A stretch of 64,000 bases of DNA from Octopus vulgaris (lineage: Eukaryota): positions 66,278,001-66,342,000 of the forward strand of contig OX597833.1 in NCBI GenBank assembly GCA_951406725.2, in the 5' to 3' direction. Below the pieces are notes generated by a model, which saw only the letters and a program-made list of their open reading frames with translations, searched no databases and was not told the DNA's origin. A program made the translations under genes and the position numbers. Below, one piece after another: positions 1-13,994 of the stretch. Every line of letters starts with the position of its first letter. Position 1 is the first letter of the stretch.

Positions 1-29
1 CTTTTGTTTATTTTCGTAAACCTTCCCGT

Positions 30-63
<34 letters not shown>

Positions 64-154
64 TACACTTATATATTCATCTACCCATCAGTAATCGAAA
101 CATCAATACATGCATATAAACACACACACACTATGTATATATATATATGCACAT

Positions 155-371
155 ATACTCTTTTAGTTGTTTCAGTCATTTGACTGCAGCCATGTTGGAG
201 CACCGCCATTAGTCGAGGAAATCGACCCCAGGACTTATTCCTTGTAAGCTTAGTACTTAATCCATCGGTCACTTGTGCCGAACCACTAAGTTACGGGGAC
301 GTAAACACACCAGCATCGGCTGTCAAGCGATGGTGGTGGGGCCACACACAAACATATACTCACACATACAT

Positions 372-420
<49 letters not shown>

Positions 421-424
421 TTCA

Positions 425-516
<92 letters not shown>

Positions 517-678
517 ACATATATATATGTACGACTGGCTTCTTTCAGTTTCCGTCTACCAAATCCACTCACAAAGCTATAGTAAAAGACAATTGCCCAA
601 GATGCCACGCATGGGACTGAACCCGGAACCATGTGGTTGGTAAGCAAGCTACTTACCACACAACCACTCCTGCGCCTA
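155..678 (-). mobile_element. tRNA-headed SINE family A, with internal (TA)n/(TG)n tract
   Basis: Minus strand: GGCGCAGGAGTGGTTGTGTGG (A box) and GGGTTCAGTCCC (B box) head, body, internal microsatellite, tail GCTCCAACATGGCTGCAGTCAAATGACTGAAAC; matches the other copies in the window. Confidence 0.85.
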
Positions 679-697
679 TCTTTATATATACATACAT

Positions 698-729
<32 letters not shown>

Positions 730-1256
730 GTTTGTGTGTGTGTGTGTATGTAGTACGTGCGCGTGTGTTTACGAGTGTGCATATTTGCGTCTGAGTGTGT
801 GTGTAGTTATTACACACACACACACACAAGCATATATGTATACAAACATACCTTCTTGCATTCACTAATTTATGCTTACATACACACATACACACGCCTA
901 TATACATTTATTGATTCGTTTAAGTATACATACGAAAAGCCATTTATAGATTTTCTAATTCCTTAATGCATAAACATACATACCTACACACACACCCACA
1001 CAACATACACACACGGACACACACACATACATGTATACTTAAATAGAAAGCCTGGTAGACAGACAGACATACAGACATATAAATAGTCAGAAAGAAAGAT
1101 GGGTGGATGGACAGTTATGTAGATTCACAGCTAGAGAACTACCAACCTATAATTCTTGATACGACATGCATACGTACATACACACGTATATAGACAAACG
1201 CACACCTGTAATAAATACATGCCGGCTTGGACACACATACATACATACATACATAT

Positions 1257-1287
<31 letters not shown>

Positions 1288-1296
1288 CATACATAC

Positions 1297-1351
<55 letters not shown>

Positions 1352-1409
1352 CACACAACAAAAATATATATAAATGTATGTATATATATATATGTATACA
1401 CACACATAT

Positions 1410-1440
<31 letters not shown>

Positions 1441-1604
1441 GATACATATATATATATATGGACACACACACACACACATATATATATACATATATATATA
1501 TACATATATATATGTGTATGTATATATATGTATATATATACATAAATATATATATGTATATATATATATATATATATGTATGTATATATATATATATGTA
1601 TATA

Positions 1605-1641
<37 letters not shown>

Positions 1642-1708
1642 TATAGATATATATATACGTATGTATATATACACATATATATATATATACACATATATAT
1701 ATATATAT

Positions 1709-1763
<55 letters not shown>

Positions 1764-2305
1764 CACACGCATAAATATACACTGCAAAACAACTTCACTT
1801 CTGGCAGCCAGTATCCTACGGTGTTGTAATTTCTCTTAAACTTAAAATCGCCATTTACTCTAAGTGACAATTGACCAATGGCGGCTCCTGCTTCTGGCCA
1901 CTTTAAATGGCCTGGCTGTCCACGTAAAATACCTCTTGTCTCCTCGGTCTATGTTGTTAGCCAGAGATCTAATTAACCAATACAATGGCTGTTAATCAAT
2001 GTCTTTCTCAAGTACACTTTTCAATAACACATGAAAATTTTCCTTTCAAAGCGCAGCATGCCTTCAAGGCTAAAATTTAGCAGATTCGATCGAATTTCCT
2101 GGCAAAATGTCTGGCGGTAAATAAATATGTAAGTCAGTGACATATTTATTTAACAACGATAAACTTATTCCTTGTTGTCTCTCTCTAACGAGGGCCAATG
2201 ACGCCCGGAAGATTCTCAAGGCTTGAAGTCTCCATGTTAGAATCTTGAATTAAGTGTATGGTGTATCGTATGTGGAATTGTGAATATCATCTTCCATTTT
2301 TTTTT

Positions 2306-2680
2306 TACTTGTTTCAGCGAATAGACTGCGGCCATACTGGAGCACCGCTTTGAAGAGATTTTAGTCGAATGAATTGACCCCGTTTATTTTTTGTTTTTTG
2401 AAGCCTCGTACTTTGTTTCATCGGACTCTTTGGCTGAACCGCTAAGTTACGGGGGCGTAAACACACTAACACCGGGTGTCAAGTGACGGTGGGGGAAAAC
2501 ACAGACATACACACACACACACACACACATATATACATATACGACAGGCTTCTTTTCAGTTTCACTCACAAGGCTTTGGTCAGCCCGAGGCTTTAGTGGA
2601 AGATATTTTCCGACGGTGCCACGCAGCAGGATTGAACCCAGGGCCATGTGGTTCGGAAGCAAACTTCTAACCACATAGGC
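2306..2680 (-). mobile_element. SINE family A, diverged copy
   Basis: Same tail, body and head blocks as the other copies, with more substitutions. Confidence 0.75.
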
Positions 2681-2756
2681 GTCGATGTCAGTTACCAAAG
2701 AGTAAGGAAATGAGGTAAATACCTGTACAGCTTGGAATTTTTCAAAATTAAACTGC

Positions 2757-2921
2757 ATAGGCGCAGGAGTGGCTGTGTGGTAAGTAGCTTGTTTACCAAC
2801 CACATGGTTCCGGGTTCAGTCGCACTGCGTGGCACCTTGGGAATGTGCCTTCTACTATAGCCTCGGGCCGACCAAAGCCTTGTGAGTGGATCTGGTAGAC
2901 GGAAACTGAAAGAAGCCCGTC

Positions 2922-3005
<84 letters not shown>

Positions 3006-3400
3006 GTGTGTGCGTTTGTGTGTCTGTGTTTGTCCCCTTAGCATTGCTTGACAACCGATGCTGGTGTGTTTATGTTCCCGTTACTTAGCGGTTCGGCAAA
3101 AGAGACCGATAGAATAAGTACTGGGCTTACAAAAGAATAAGTCCCAGGGTCGATTTGGTCGACTAAAGGCGGTGCTCCAGCATGGCTGCAGTCAAATGAC
3201 TGAAACAAGTAAAAGAGTAAAAGAGTATATATATATATATAACGGGTTTATGTTCCCGTTACTTAGCGGTTCGGCAAAAGAGACCGATAGAATAAGTTCT
3301 GGACTTACAAAAGAATAAGTCCCGGGGTCGAGTTGCTCGAGTAAAGGCGGCGCTCCAGCATGGCCGCAGTCAAATGACTGAAACAAGTAAAAGAATAAAA
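2757..3400 (+). mobile_element. SINE family A, full length, with tandem duplicate of its 3' ~160 bp
   Basis: GGCGCAGGAGTGGCTGTGTGG...GGTTCAGTC head at 2761; tail ends ~3225 and is repeated at ~3247-3400. Confidence 0.9.
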
Positions 3401-3818
3401 GAATTATTCTTCTCGGCTCATTTGTATATCGCATCTAACTCATGTTGCAAGTACGAGGCATCTCCAGGGTTCTGCATCACCTGTGAGACTTTTGTATTAT
3501 CTTCCTTGCTTTTAAGGGTCACCGTCTGTGTTGCTGAGATCAAGACTGCGAGGCCAACTATGAATATTTAGGCTTTAGTGATATTTTAGTCCCGAACATC
3601 TTTAATATCTACCTTTACTAACCGGATTTTAAAATATTTCCTGTAAAAAAAATGAAGACTTCACGAAAATTTTGCAACAAGTAGAGATTAATAAAAATAT
3701 CTTAGCGAGTAAAACTATGCAGAGGTGTTTGTGTCATATTAAATGTAGACACACCGTTAGAAGACATGATGTTGTGGAATTGTCAGAAATAAAATCACTT
3801 CATAGATTTGTGTTACAA

Positions 3819-3866
<48 letters not shown>

Positions 3867-4006
3867 GAAATATTTAAATTACTAAGTCTCTCTAAAAGAG
3901 ATTACGGCAGCGTTACTGGAAATTAATTGTTATCGCCATATTAATATGGCAGTCTTATAGATATAAGACTAAAAGCTGTCGCTGATTAGCTCCATGAGGC
4001 CATATA

Positions 4007-4590
4007 TATAGGCGCAAGAGTGGCTGTGTGGTAAGTAGCTTGTTTACCAACTACATAGTTCCGGGTTCAGTCCCACTGCGTGGCACCTTGGGCAAGTGGC
4101 TTCTACTATAGCCTCGGACCGACCAAAGCCTTGTGAGCAGATTTGGTAGACGGAAACTGAAAGAAGCCCGTCGTATATATGTATATATATATATATATAT
4201 GCGTGTGTGTGTTTGTGTGTCTGTGTTTGTCCCCCTAGCATTGCTTGACAACCGATGCTGGTGTGTTTATGTTCCCGTTACTTAGCGGTTCGGCAAAAGA
4301 GACCGATAGAATAAGTACTGGGCTTACAAAAGAATAAGTCCCAGGGTCGATTTGGTCGACTAAAGGCGGTGCTCCAGCATGGCTGCAGTCAAATGACTGA
4401 AACAAGTAAAAGAGTAAAAGAGTATATATATATATATAACGGGTTTTCTTCAGTTTCCCTCTACCAAATTCATTCACTCAAAAGGCTTTGGTCGACCCAG
4501 GACTATAGTAGAAAACACATGTCCAAGGTGCCACACTGTGGGATTGAACCCACAACCACGCGACTGGGAATCAAGCTTATTAACACTGAC
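4007..4590 (+). mobile_element. SINE family A, full length, followed by an inverted diverged 5' half
   Basis: Near-identical to 2757-3225; 4437-4590 is a reverse-complement head/body fragment. Confidence 0.85.
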
Positions 4591-4637
4591 ATATATACTT
4601 ATATATGTGTGTGTATGTATATATTTGTGAGGATCTA

Positions 4638-4689
<52 letters not shown>

Positions 4690-4982
4690 TATATATATAT
4701 ATATATGTATACATCTACATTAATATATATGTGTGTATATATATATATGCATATTTTCATATGCATGTATGTATATATGTGTATATGGACGACCAGTTGA
4801 GCCAGGCAGACAGCTGTCAGCAACAATAAGGTATCCATAATCTGACAGGAACCGTTATTGGCACCAATGTGATGACACAAATGATTCGAATGGACCAATG
4901 TTTAGCTACGTGACTGTATTTACAATACACATTATATGGCTGTAGCAAATACATAAATGTCTACATATATTATATATTATAT

Positions 4983-5088
<106 letters not shown>

Positions 5089-5210
5089 GTATATGTATAT
5101 ATATATATGGCACTTAACTCTCAACACCTATGTCAGCTTTGATGGCGTGAGTACGTATGACTGGTTGGCATATATAGGTTTTTGATATGTACACATAAAC
5201 CCCCCCCCCC

Positions 5211-5259
<49 letters not shown>

Positions 5260-5439
5260 TTTGGATATACATATATATATATAAATATATAGTATGTATG
5301 TATCTATTTATCTACTTGCAAGCGTCCATTTATATCTAAGTAGGCAGGTATACAATGTTGCATATATATGTATATAAATATATGTATATGCGTATATATG
5401 TATGTATGTATGTATATGTATGTATATATATATATATGT

Positions 5440-5494
<55 letters not shown>

Positions 5495-5795
5495 ATATGT
5501 ACATATATATTATATGTATGTATATATATGTATATATATGTTCATATATATATATATATATAAGTTATATATACATACATACATGCATACATACATAGAC
5601 TCATACACACACACACACACACGGCACACATACGCATACATGTATAAAATATTGAGTGATTACATTGGATACATTCGTCGATAGAAAAAGCAACGAAGAC
5701 ACCGATGGGATTGGAACGAAAAGTGTGTCATTTACTAAAGAGTAGGCAAAGGAGGTAAATACCTGTTATTCTATCTACACTTTCCTATGTCGCTA

Positions 5796-6360
5796 TGTTC
5801 TGAGTTCAAATTCCACCGAGGTCGACTTTATCTTTTTCCCTTTCGGGGTCGATAAATTAAGTACCAGTGAAACATTGGTGCCAATGTAATCGACACGTCC
5901 CCTTTCCCAAAATGGCTGCCCTTGTGGCAAAATTTGAAACCAATATTATCTTAGGAGGTAAGGCAGCGGGCTGGTAGAATTGTTAGCACACCGAACGAAA
6001 TGCTTAACGGCATTTCGTTCGCCTTCGCGTTCTGAGTTCAAATTCCGCCGAGGTCGACTTTGCCTTTCATCCTTTCGGGGTCGATAAATTAAGTACCAGT
6101 TACGCTCTGGAGTCGATATAATCGACTTAATCCGTTTGTCTGTTCTTGTTTGTCTTCTCTATGTTTATCCCCTTGTGGGTAGTAAAGAAATAGGTATTTC
6201 GTCTGCCGTTACGCTCTGAGTTCAAATTCCACCGAGGTTGACTTTGCCTTTCATCCTTTCGGAGTCGATTAAATAAGTACCAGTTTAGTACTGGGGCCGA
6301 TGCAAACGACTAACTCTCTTCCCTAAAATTCCAGGCTTTGTGCCTATGATAGAAAGGACT
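5796..6360 (+). mobile_element. SINE family B, three tandem or nested units
   Basis: Repeated GAGTTCAAATTCC (B box-like) GCCGAGGTCGACTTTGCCTTTCATCCTTTCGGGGTCGATAAATTAAGTACCAG core; head GGCAGCGGGCTGGTAGAA at 5962. Confidence 0.8.
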
Positions 6361-7446
6361 ATTATCTGAGGAGGTGGGCACTGCAAATAATGTGAGTACT
6401 GTGATCTTTAACGTTTCCACACTCATCATTATATCTTTCAATCAAACCTAAGAATACCTGAAATCATTACTTCTTGGAAAATACAGCTGTGTCTTTGGAT
6501 GACCACTGTCGTCTGTCTATGTCTGAATATTGTCCTCTTTCTGATTGGTGTCGTCTGCTTATATTTGATTGGTTTCGTGTTGTCTATCTCTCAATGTTGT
6601 CGTCTGCCAACGTCTGATTGCTATTATATATCTGCATCTACCTGGTGTTGTCTGAATATGTTTGATGTTTCTCTACGTCAGTTCATATCAATATTTAATT
6701 TCTTTGTCTATGCAACCATTCGATATTTAATTGTTGTCAACTGCTTGTGGTTGAGTGTTTTCGCCTCTCTCTCTTTTTCTCTCGTTCTCTCGCTATCTCT
6801 CTCTCCATATTTGTTCTTACCTGTCTGTCTGTTTGTCTATCTGCCTGTCTATATTTGACCTTACCAATATGGTTCTATTTAGCTATTCTCGTCTGTCTAC
6901 TCGTGTTTAGCTGTTTTCAATCGTCTATCTACATTTTTGTTTACCTGTTACTCGTCTTTATCTTTGCTTTTGATTGTTATCGTCTGATTTATTTTCGAAT
7001 CTAATTGAATTCACTTCTAATCTGTGCAATTTTTCTTTTATATCCGAGTTTGGTTATAATCTAGCGGTTTTTAGTTTGTAGCACAGCTTCTTCACCAAAA
7101 TAGCGTTTTACAAAAGTTCTCTCCTCATGATTCGGGATCACGCCAACCAGATGATTATGATAAAAAATGCTAATTTTGCGCAGTGGTTTATTCTCCATAT
7201 TCCCTTATATCATCTCGTCCAACATGATCCTCTCTTTAGATACTAGCGTGGAGTAGTGTCTACTCTGATAATTTTGTAGGGAGATTATTAAAGAAGCCGG
7301 AAGTTGAGGACTTCTCTGTTGAAATTATATTGGATACCGACACATCACCAGTCGTGTTTCTGCTCACTGGTAACATCACAAAACCCAACTCATATTTTAA
7401 TCGCAAAAAGATTATTTTTGTAAACGTATTTAAAATACTTACTTTA

Positions 7447-7852
7447 CTTTTACTTGTTTCAGTCATTTGACTGCGGCCATGCTGGAGCACCGCCTTTTAG
7501 TCGAGCAAATCGACCCCGGGACTTATTCTTTGTAAGCCCAGTACTTATTCTATCGGTCTCTTTTGCCGAATCGCTAAGTGACGGGGACATAAACAAACCA
7601 GCATCGGTTGTCAAGCAATGCTAGGGGGCAAACACAGACACACAAACATATACACACACATACATACATATATATATATACATATATACGACAGGCTTCT
7701 TTCAGTTTCCGTCTACCAAATCCACTCACAAGGCTTTGGTCGGCCCCGAGGCTATAGCAGAAGTCACTTGCCCAAGGTGCCACGCAGTGGGATTGAACCC
7801 GGAATTATGTGGTTGGTAAGCAAGCTACTTACCACGCAGCCACTCCTGCGCC
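7447..7852 (-). mobile_element. SINE family A, full length
   Basis: Reverse complement of the family A sequence from head to tail. Confidence 0.9.
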
Positions 7853-7866
7853 ACTCCTAAGTAATA

Positions 7867-8179
7867 CAAATTTCGGTTCACGAAATTAATTCGTTCCTGA
7901 AGGTCGCTCGTCACCCGAAATGTTCTTAAATCGAAACTTCTTTTTCAATTCAAGAGACAGTACGGCGAATTCGAGCAGAGCTGTGCACTGAAAGAAAGCT
8001 AGACAGAAACAAATGCTTTCCTGCTGGTACTCTCATCTTGTCACCAACTGTATTTGTCGATTTGCTTTTAGTTACTCGAAACATCGTTCGTTACCCGAAA
8101 CATGTTACGTTAAAACAATTGTTCGTAAACCCGATGTGTTCGCGAAGAGAGTCGTTCGTAAACCGAAGTTCCGCTGTAT
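7867..8179. mobile_element. Tigger/pogo-like non-autonomous DNA transposon remnant
   Basis: Right end reads TACAGCGGAACTTCGGTTTACGAAC on the minus strand; internal GTTCGTNA(A/C)CCGA subterminal repeats; degenerate left end TTCGGTTCACGAA. Confidence 0.55.
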
Positions 8180-8572
8180 ATGTCGTTAATTAATTTATAA
8201 CACAAATCTCGCCCTTGCTAAACAAGCCACAAATCTCCCGCATGTGAGACATTACCTTTCTGTCCTTATTCTCGTACAGCCATGCCTGGACTGTTGCGGT
8301 GTGATTATATTTCGTCTACCCGGGAATTGCAACCGTGTTTCGTGGTCTACTACCAGAACAGCTCCTTTATAGGATCCAGTTAGCTCAAGACGTCCGGTTT
8401 CGGCCCCTACTCCTCTACCGTTTTGACGTGGTGGGGGCTCCCCCCTTCGGAGGCGTCTTCAGCTCTGGTGTTGGGTGCATGTCTTCTTTCTTCTGTTCCC
8501 TGGCCTCTTCGATGTATCGTCAGCGAGTGTCAGCCGGTGACTGACTGTCTTGTCAAATTTCTCCCTTTAAAT

Positions 8573-8806
8573 ATATTTCTTTATTGCCCGCAAGGAGCTA
8601 AACATAGAGGGGACAAACAAGGACAGACGAACGGATTAAGTAGATTCTATCGACCCCAGTACGTAACTGGTACTTAATTTATCGACCCCGAAAAGATGAA
8701 AGGCAAAGTCGACCTCGGCGGAATTTGAACTCAGAACGTAAAGGGCAGACGAAATACGGCTACGCATTTCGCCCGGGCGTGCAAACGTTTCTGCCAGCTC
8801 GCCGCA
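8573..8806 (-). mobile_element. SINE family B, full length
   Basis: Reverse complement of GGCGAGCTGGCAGAAACG...GAGTTCAAATTCC...GTACCAG...AATAAAGAAAT. Confidence 0.85.
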
Positions 8807-9530
8807 CCTTTCTGTTGTCTGCCGTGAAAAAACATTCTCGTATACCTGTACCTGTACCCGATCGTTATCGCATATCTGTGTCATTCTCGTCCACCCTTAC
8901 CTTATTACCGTCGTCGTCTATCTACGTGATTATTCTCGGCTACCCAACCGATATTGTTGTCGTCTGCCATTGTCATTATTCTCGTCTGCCTCCATTTGAT
9001 CGTTTTCTTTTCCCAATCTATGCTTGATATTTCCAATGCTAATTCTCTTTGATATTCTTTTTTTCTTCTCCTTTATATCTCAGCTTTCATTGCTGTCATT
9101 TATATGCGCTGATATTTTCTTATTCTTTTCTTTTCAAACGGTTCTCATAATTTGTTGAATTTGATCATTTTTTTTCTTCTCTCTCGTTTATACTTAAAAA
9201 AAAAAAGAAACAGAAATCATTGTTTTATTCTTGTTGTTCTTCGTCTGCTCTGTTTCCCCTCGTTTATGTCAGAACTCTTCTCACATGTTTTTCTCAGAGA
9301 ATATCTTTTCTTCTCTGTGTTTAACTCTTTTCGTCTGTCTCTTATCGTTTCTTCTTTCGTTTTCCCGATGCATCTGTTTACTCACAGCCACATCTATTTA
9401 CTTTTAAATGTGCCTGTCTATGATACGTTGCTGTTCTATCTAATGCAAAAATAACGATAGTTTTCTAAAGATAGTTTTCGCAAAGTGAAGGTGAGAATAC
9501 GTATCCGCCATCTTCTTCAACAAGATTACT

Positions 9531-9597
<67 letters not shown>

Positions 9598-9729
9598 CAT
9601 ATATATATACATATATATACATATATACATATATATGTATATATTTATGTATGTGAGTATATATATATATGAATATATATATATTTACACGTATGCATAG
9701 GTATGCATATGTATATACATGCATACAGA

Positions 9730-9789
<60 letters not shown>

Positions 9790-9801
9790 ATATAATATGT
9801 A

Positions 9802-9837
<36 letters not shown>

Positions 9838-9943
9838 TAGATACATATATGTATACATATATAATACACACACACACACACTATATATATATATATATAT
9901 ATATACAAATACATAATACATGTGTATGACACACACACACACA

Positions 9944-9981
<38 letters not shown>

Positions 9982-10169
9982 ACACACATGCATTACACTT
10001 TCTTTTCTAACTTTACACCTTCTTTCCAGCGTCTTTCAAAGAATCTCCAGTCTTATCGTTTTTCCGACTCTCTCATCGATTCTTTTGTTTGTTTCACCGT
10101 TTGCTGACAGTTGGGTTGTGTTTGTTTGTTCACCTATGAGAGACAGAGGAAAAAACAAAAAACAAAAAA

Positions 10170-10632
10170 AAGCATTGGTATGTGATTAAAAATTTCGCTT
10201 CCGTAACCTTGTGACTTTAGGTTCGATTCCAATGGAGAGCATCTTTGAAAATTTTTATTCTAGCGAACGCCTAATTCTTGGGTTGATTAATGCTTTGCGA
10301 GTAGAATTGGTTGGACGTAAATTGCGAGGGAAATTCACCAGAAATAGGGGAAATTCCAATAGAAAGGAAAACGGAGGAAGAAAATAGAAAATCGCCAACG
10401 ATTCACATGTGGTTACATTTTGATGCATGTATTTGTGTATCTGTGTTTGTATCCCCACCATCGCTTGACAACCGATGTTGGTGTTTTACATCGCCATAAC
10501 ATATCTGTTCGGCAAAAGAGACCGATATAAAACGTACTAGGCTTACAAAGAATAAGTCCAAGGGTCGATTTGTTCGACTAAATGCGCCGCCACAGCATAA
10601 CCACAGTCAAAGGACTGAAACAAATAAAAGAA
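10170..10632 (+). mobile_element. SINE family A, old diverged copy
   Basis: Degraded GGTTCGATTCC head; recognisable 3' half at 10430-10632. Confidence 0.65.
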
Positions 10633-10864
10633 TAATATATATATATATATATAAATAAGAAAATGGAGGAACAGATTCTTTTCAATCATCAACTTACAGA
10701 TAATACCAATTCATATTATTTATTAACTACTTAAATAGGAACATCCAAATCCAACAGAATTAGACAGAATAAAACAATATACATCAATAAGTAAGATAAT
10801 ACCATAAAAATAATGGATAACTGATATCCCATAGTGGGTTACACTCATAACCCCTATCTCACTT

Positions 10865-10911
<47 letters not shown>

Positions 10912-10915
<4 letters not shown>

Positions 10916-11237
10916 GTTTCGGTCATGAATGACCATGGGATTGCACCTAGGAAGTTCTCTTCCGTGGCACAAGTCCGGGCAAGGTTGAAAACCAGCAGTC
11001 ACCAATGCATACCAGCCTTTCCTCTCCAAACCACTGATGTTATCCAAAGGGAAAAGCAAAGGATCATAGAGTTTGGCACCAACAACGTCGCAACTCATTT
11101 CTACAGCTGAGTGAACTGGAGCAATGTGAAATAAAGTGTCTTGCTCAAGAACACAACATTCAACCTGGTCCGGGGATCGAACTCACTACCTCATGATTCT
11201 GAGCCCAACACTCTAACCATTGAACCATGCGCCTTCA
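10912..11237 (-). mobile_element. SINE group C (tRNA head + CORE-like domain, tail type 1)
   Basis: Minus strand: TGAAGGCGCATGGTTCAATGGTTAG...GAGTTCGATCCC then GTGTTCTTGAGCAAGACACTTTA...CACTCAGCTGTAGAAATGAGT. Confidence 0.75.
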
Positions 11238-11258
11238 TGTCTATGTATGCATGCATGC

Positions 11259-11291
<33 letters not shown>

Positions 11292-11306
11292 TGCATGTAT
11301 GTATGC

Positions 11307-11382
<76 letters not shown>

Positions 11383-11425
11383 GTGTATATGCGTGTGTGT
11401 GTGTGTGTGTGTTTGTTTGTTTGTT

Positions 11426-11466
<41 letters not shown>

Positions 11467-11688
11467 TACAAATTGTTTTAAAGCAAAGGTAAGCAGACGT
11501 ATTGTGCTTTGGCGAAAAGGAATACACCAACACCGCCGGTGTATTTAAAGTAATCACGTTTCTATTTATTTTTCCCCCGCTAAATATCTTGACATTTTCT
11601 ATTTCCCTTCAACAACTCGCAGAAGTCCCATCTGCACGTCATACACGGCTCAAACACACGCACGCACGCACGCACGCGCACACACACA

Positions 11689-11763
<75 letters not shown>

Positions 11764-12404
11764 GAATTAGTTCAATTAGAAAAAACCCAATATCTCCAGG
11801 AGCTTTTTTCCTTTGGAACATTGTCAGGAATTTAAACAGAAAGGAATCTTTGACAATTTTAATTCTACTAAAACATCACCCATTAGACTAACGGAGAAAG
11901 CACCACCACCACTCCTTTCCGTGGTGTCTCGATCTGTTAGAAGTAGCAGTTAAATATCATTTAAAACGCATACTCTTCACATTATTTACATTATTTACAT
12001 TTGACGGATATTTGTCCTCATCTTATTTCGCTTTTGGATTTGGTTTGCAAGATTCTTTATATGAGTTCGTGTGTTGAAGCATATTCTGTTGTGTCTGGGG
12101 AGGGTCATTATCTTTTTGTGCCTCACAATGTAACACACTCACCGGTAAAATTTCCACTTTTTAAAAATTTTTATTTTCCTAAAATTTTCGTTGCGTCTTG
12201 CACCGTTTCAATAGTCTTGCAACCTTTTCAATAGTCTTGACTCTCAGAGTCAAGACTATTGAAAAGACTAAAGCTATGTTAGAGAATGAAGACGAGGTGG
12301 TCACGGTTGGAATTCCAGTGACTATACCTCAGTTAGCTCAGGGTTGATCTGGAGCTAGCAAATATTACCACCGCTTTCAATAACATGATATACAGATACA
12401 TGAA

Positions 12405-13023
12405 ATATTCTTTTCTACTCAGGCACAAGGCCCGAAATATTTTGGGGAAGGGGTCCAGTGGATTAGATCGACCCCAGTACGAAACTGGTACTTAATTTAT
12501 CGATCCCGAAAGGAGGAAAGGCAAAGTCGACCTCGGCGGAATTTGAACTCAGAACGTAAAGACAGACGAAATACCGCTAAGCATATCGCCCGGCGTGCTA
12601 ATGTTTCTTATTTCTTTATTGCCCACAAGGGGCTAAATATAGAGGAGACAAACAAGAACAGACAAACGGATTAAGTCGATTACATCGACCTCAGTGCGTA
12701 ATTGGTACTTAATTTATCGACCGCGAAAGGATGAAAGACAAAGTCTACCGCGGCAGAATCTGAACTCAGAACGTAAAGACAGACGAAATACGTATTTCTT
12801 TACTACCCACAAGGGCTAAACACGGAGAGGACAAACAAGGACAGACAAACGGATTAAGTTGATTACATCGACCTCAGTGTGTAACTGGTACTTAATTTAC
12901 CGACCCCGAAAGGATGAAAGGCAAAGTCGACCTCGGCGGAATTTGAACTCAGAACGTAATGGCAGACGAAATACGGCTAAGCATTTTGCCCGGCGTGCTA
13001 ACGTTTCTGTCAGCTCGTCGGCC

Positions 13024-13025
<2 letters not shown>
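12405..13025 (-). mobile_element. SINE family B, three or four tandem units
   Basis: GGTACTTAATTTATCGA...GGAATTTGAACTCAGAACGTAA block at ~12487, ~12704 and ~12887. Confidence 0.85.
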
Positions 13026-13097
<72 letters not shown>

Positions 13098-13994
13098 CAA
13101 TAATAATAATAATAACAAAAACAACAACAATAATAATAATAATAATGAAAATGTATAGCAAATAAGAGGAGTGGAAAGAGTGGTTGTTAAAGGAAAAGGG
13201 AGTTGGAGGAGGAAGAGGACGGAAGAATATGGTGGAATGGTAAATAATGGAACCGAAAAAGGAAGAATGTCAAAGCCGCAGAATGGAATGATTATTGGGA
13301 AGACATAGATAATAGACAACACGCGCTCCTTAGATATTGGAATATATTGGTTGTGTATATAGGAAGTTGTTCCAGAAGGGAATTGATCAAGCATGTTCTG
13401 TTATGCTATGGCAAATTGGAATAATGGTAAAAATAGTAAAAATGGTAAAATGGAAAAGAAAAGAAAAAAAGCAAACAAAAATACTAAAGAAAATAACAAG
13501 AAAAATAAACAAGACAATGCCGCAGAATAAAGGCATTATAGGAGAATGTAAGAATATCTGTCTTCTATATTTTCTACTTAATATAAATATATATATATGT
13601 GTATACATGCGTACATTTATATGCATATATATATATATATATACATGCATTGATATATGTATCTCTGTGTGTATATATATATCTATATATATATATGGCT
13701 GTATATGCGTATATATATATATGTATGTTGGTGTATTTATCTGTGTCTATGTATACGTATGAATGTATTCTATACATGCCGCATATATAATTATATTTAT
13801 GCATGTAAGACTAAGCAACATTAAGATAAAATTCAAAAACGCAAAATAATAAAAGAGACAATGCAGAACATGAATATAGAATGGAAAAATAAAATGGTAC
13901 TTATTGGTGTGTGTGTGTGTCTGTATATATGTATATATATATGTATGTATATATATGTATATATATATATATGTATGTATATTTATGTATATAT

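Noticed and set aside
8280-8570. GC-rich segment as a gene exon
   Set aside because: No recognisable motif in the short open frames; possibly a decayed LINE ORF1 piece, but I cannot support a call.
13911-13994. N-terminus of the 402-aa ORF
   Set aside because: It is microsatellite fused in frame to a 5'-truncated LINE, not a real start.
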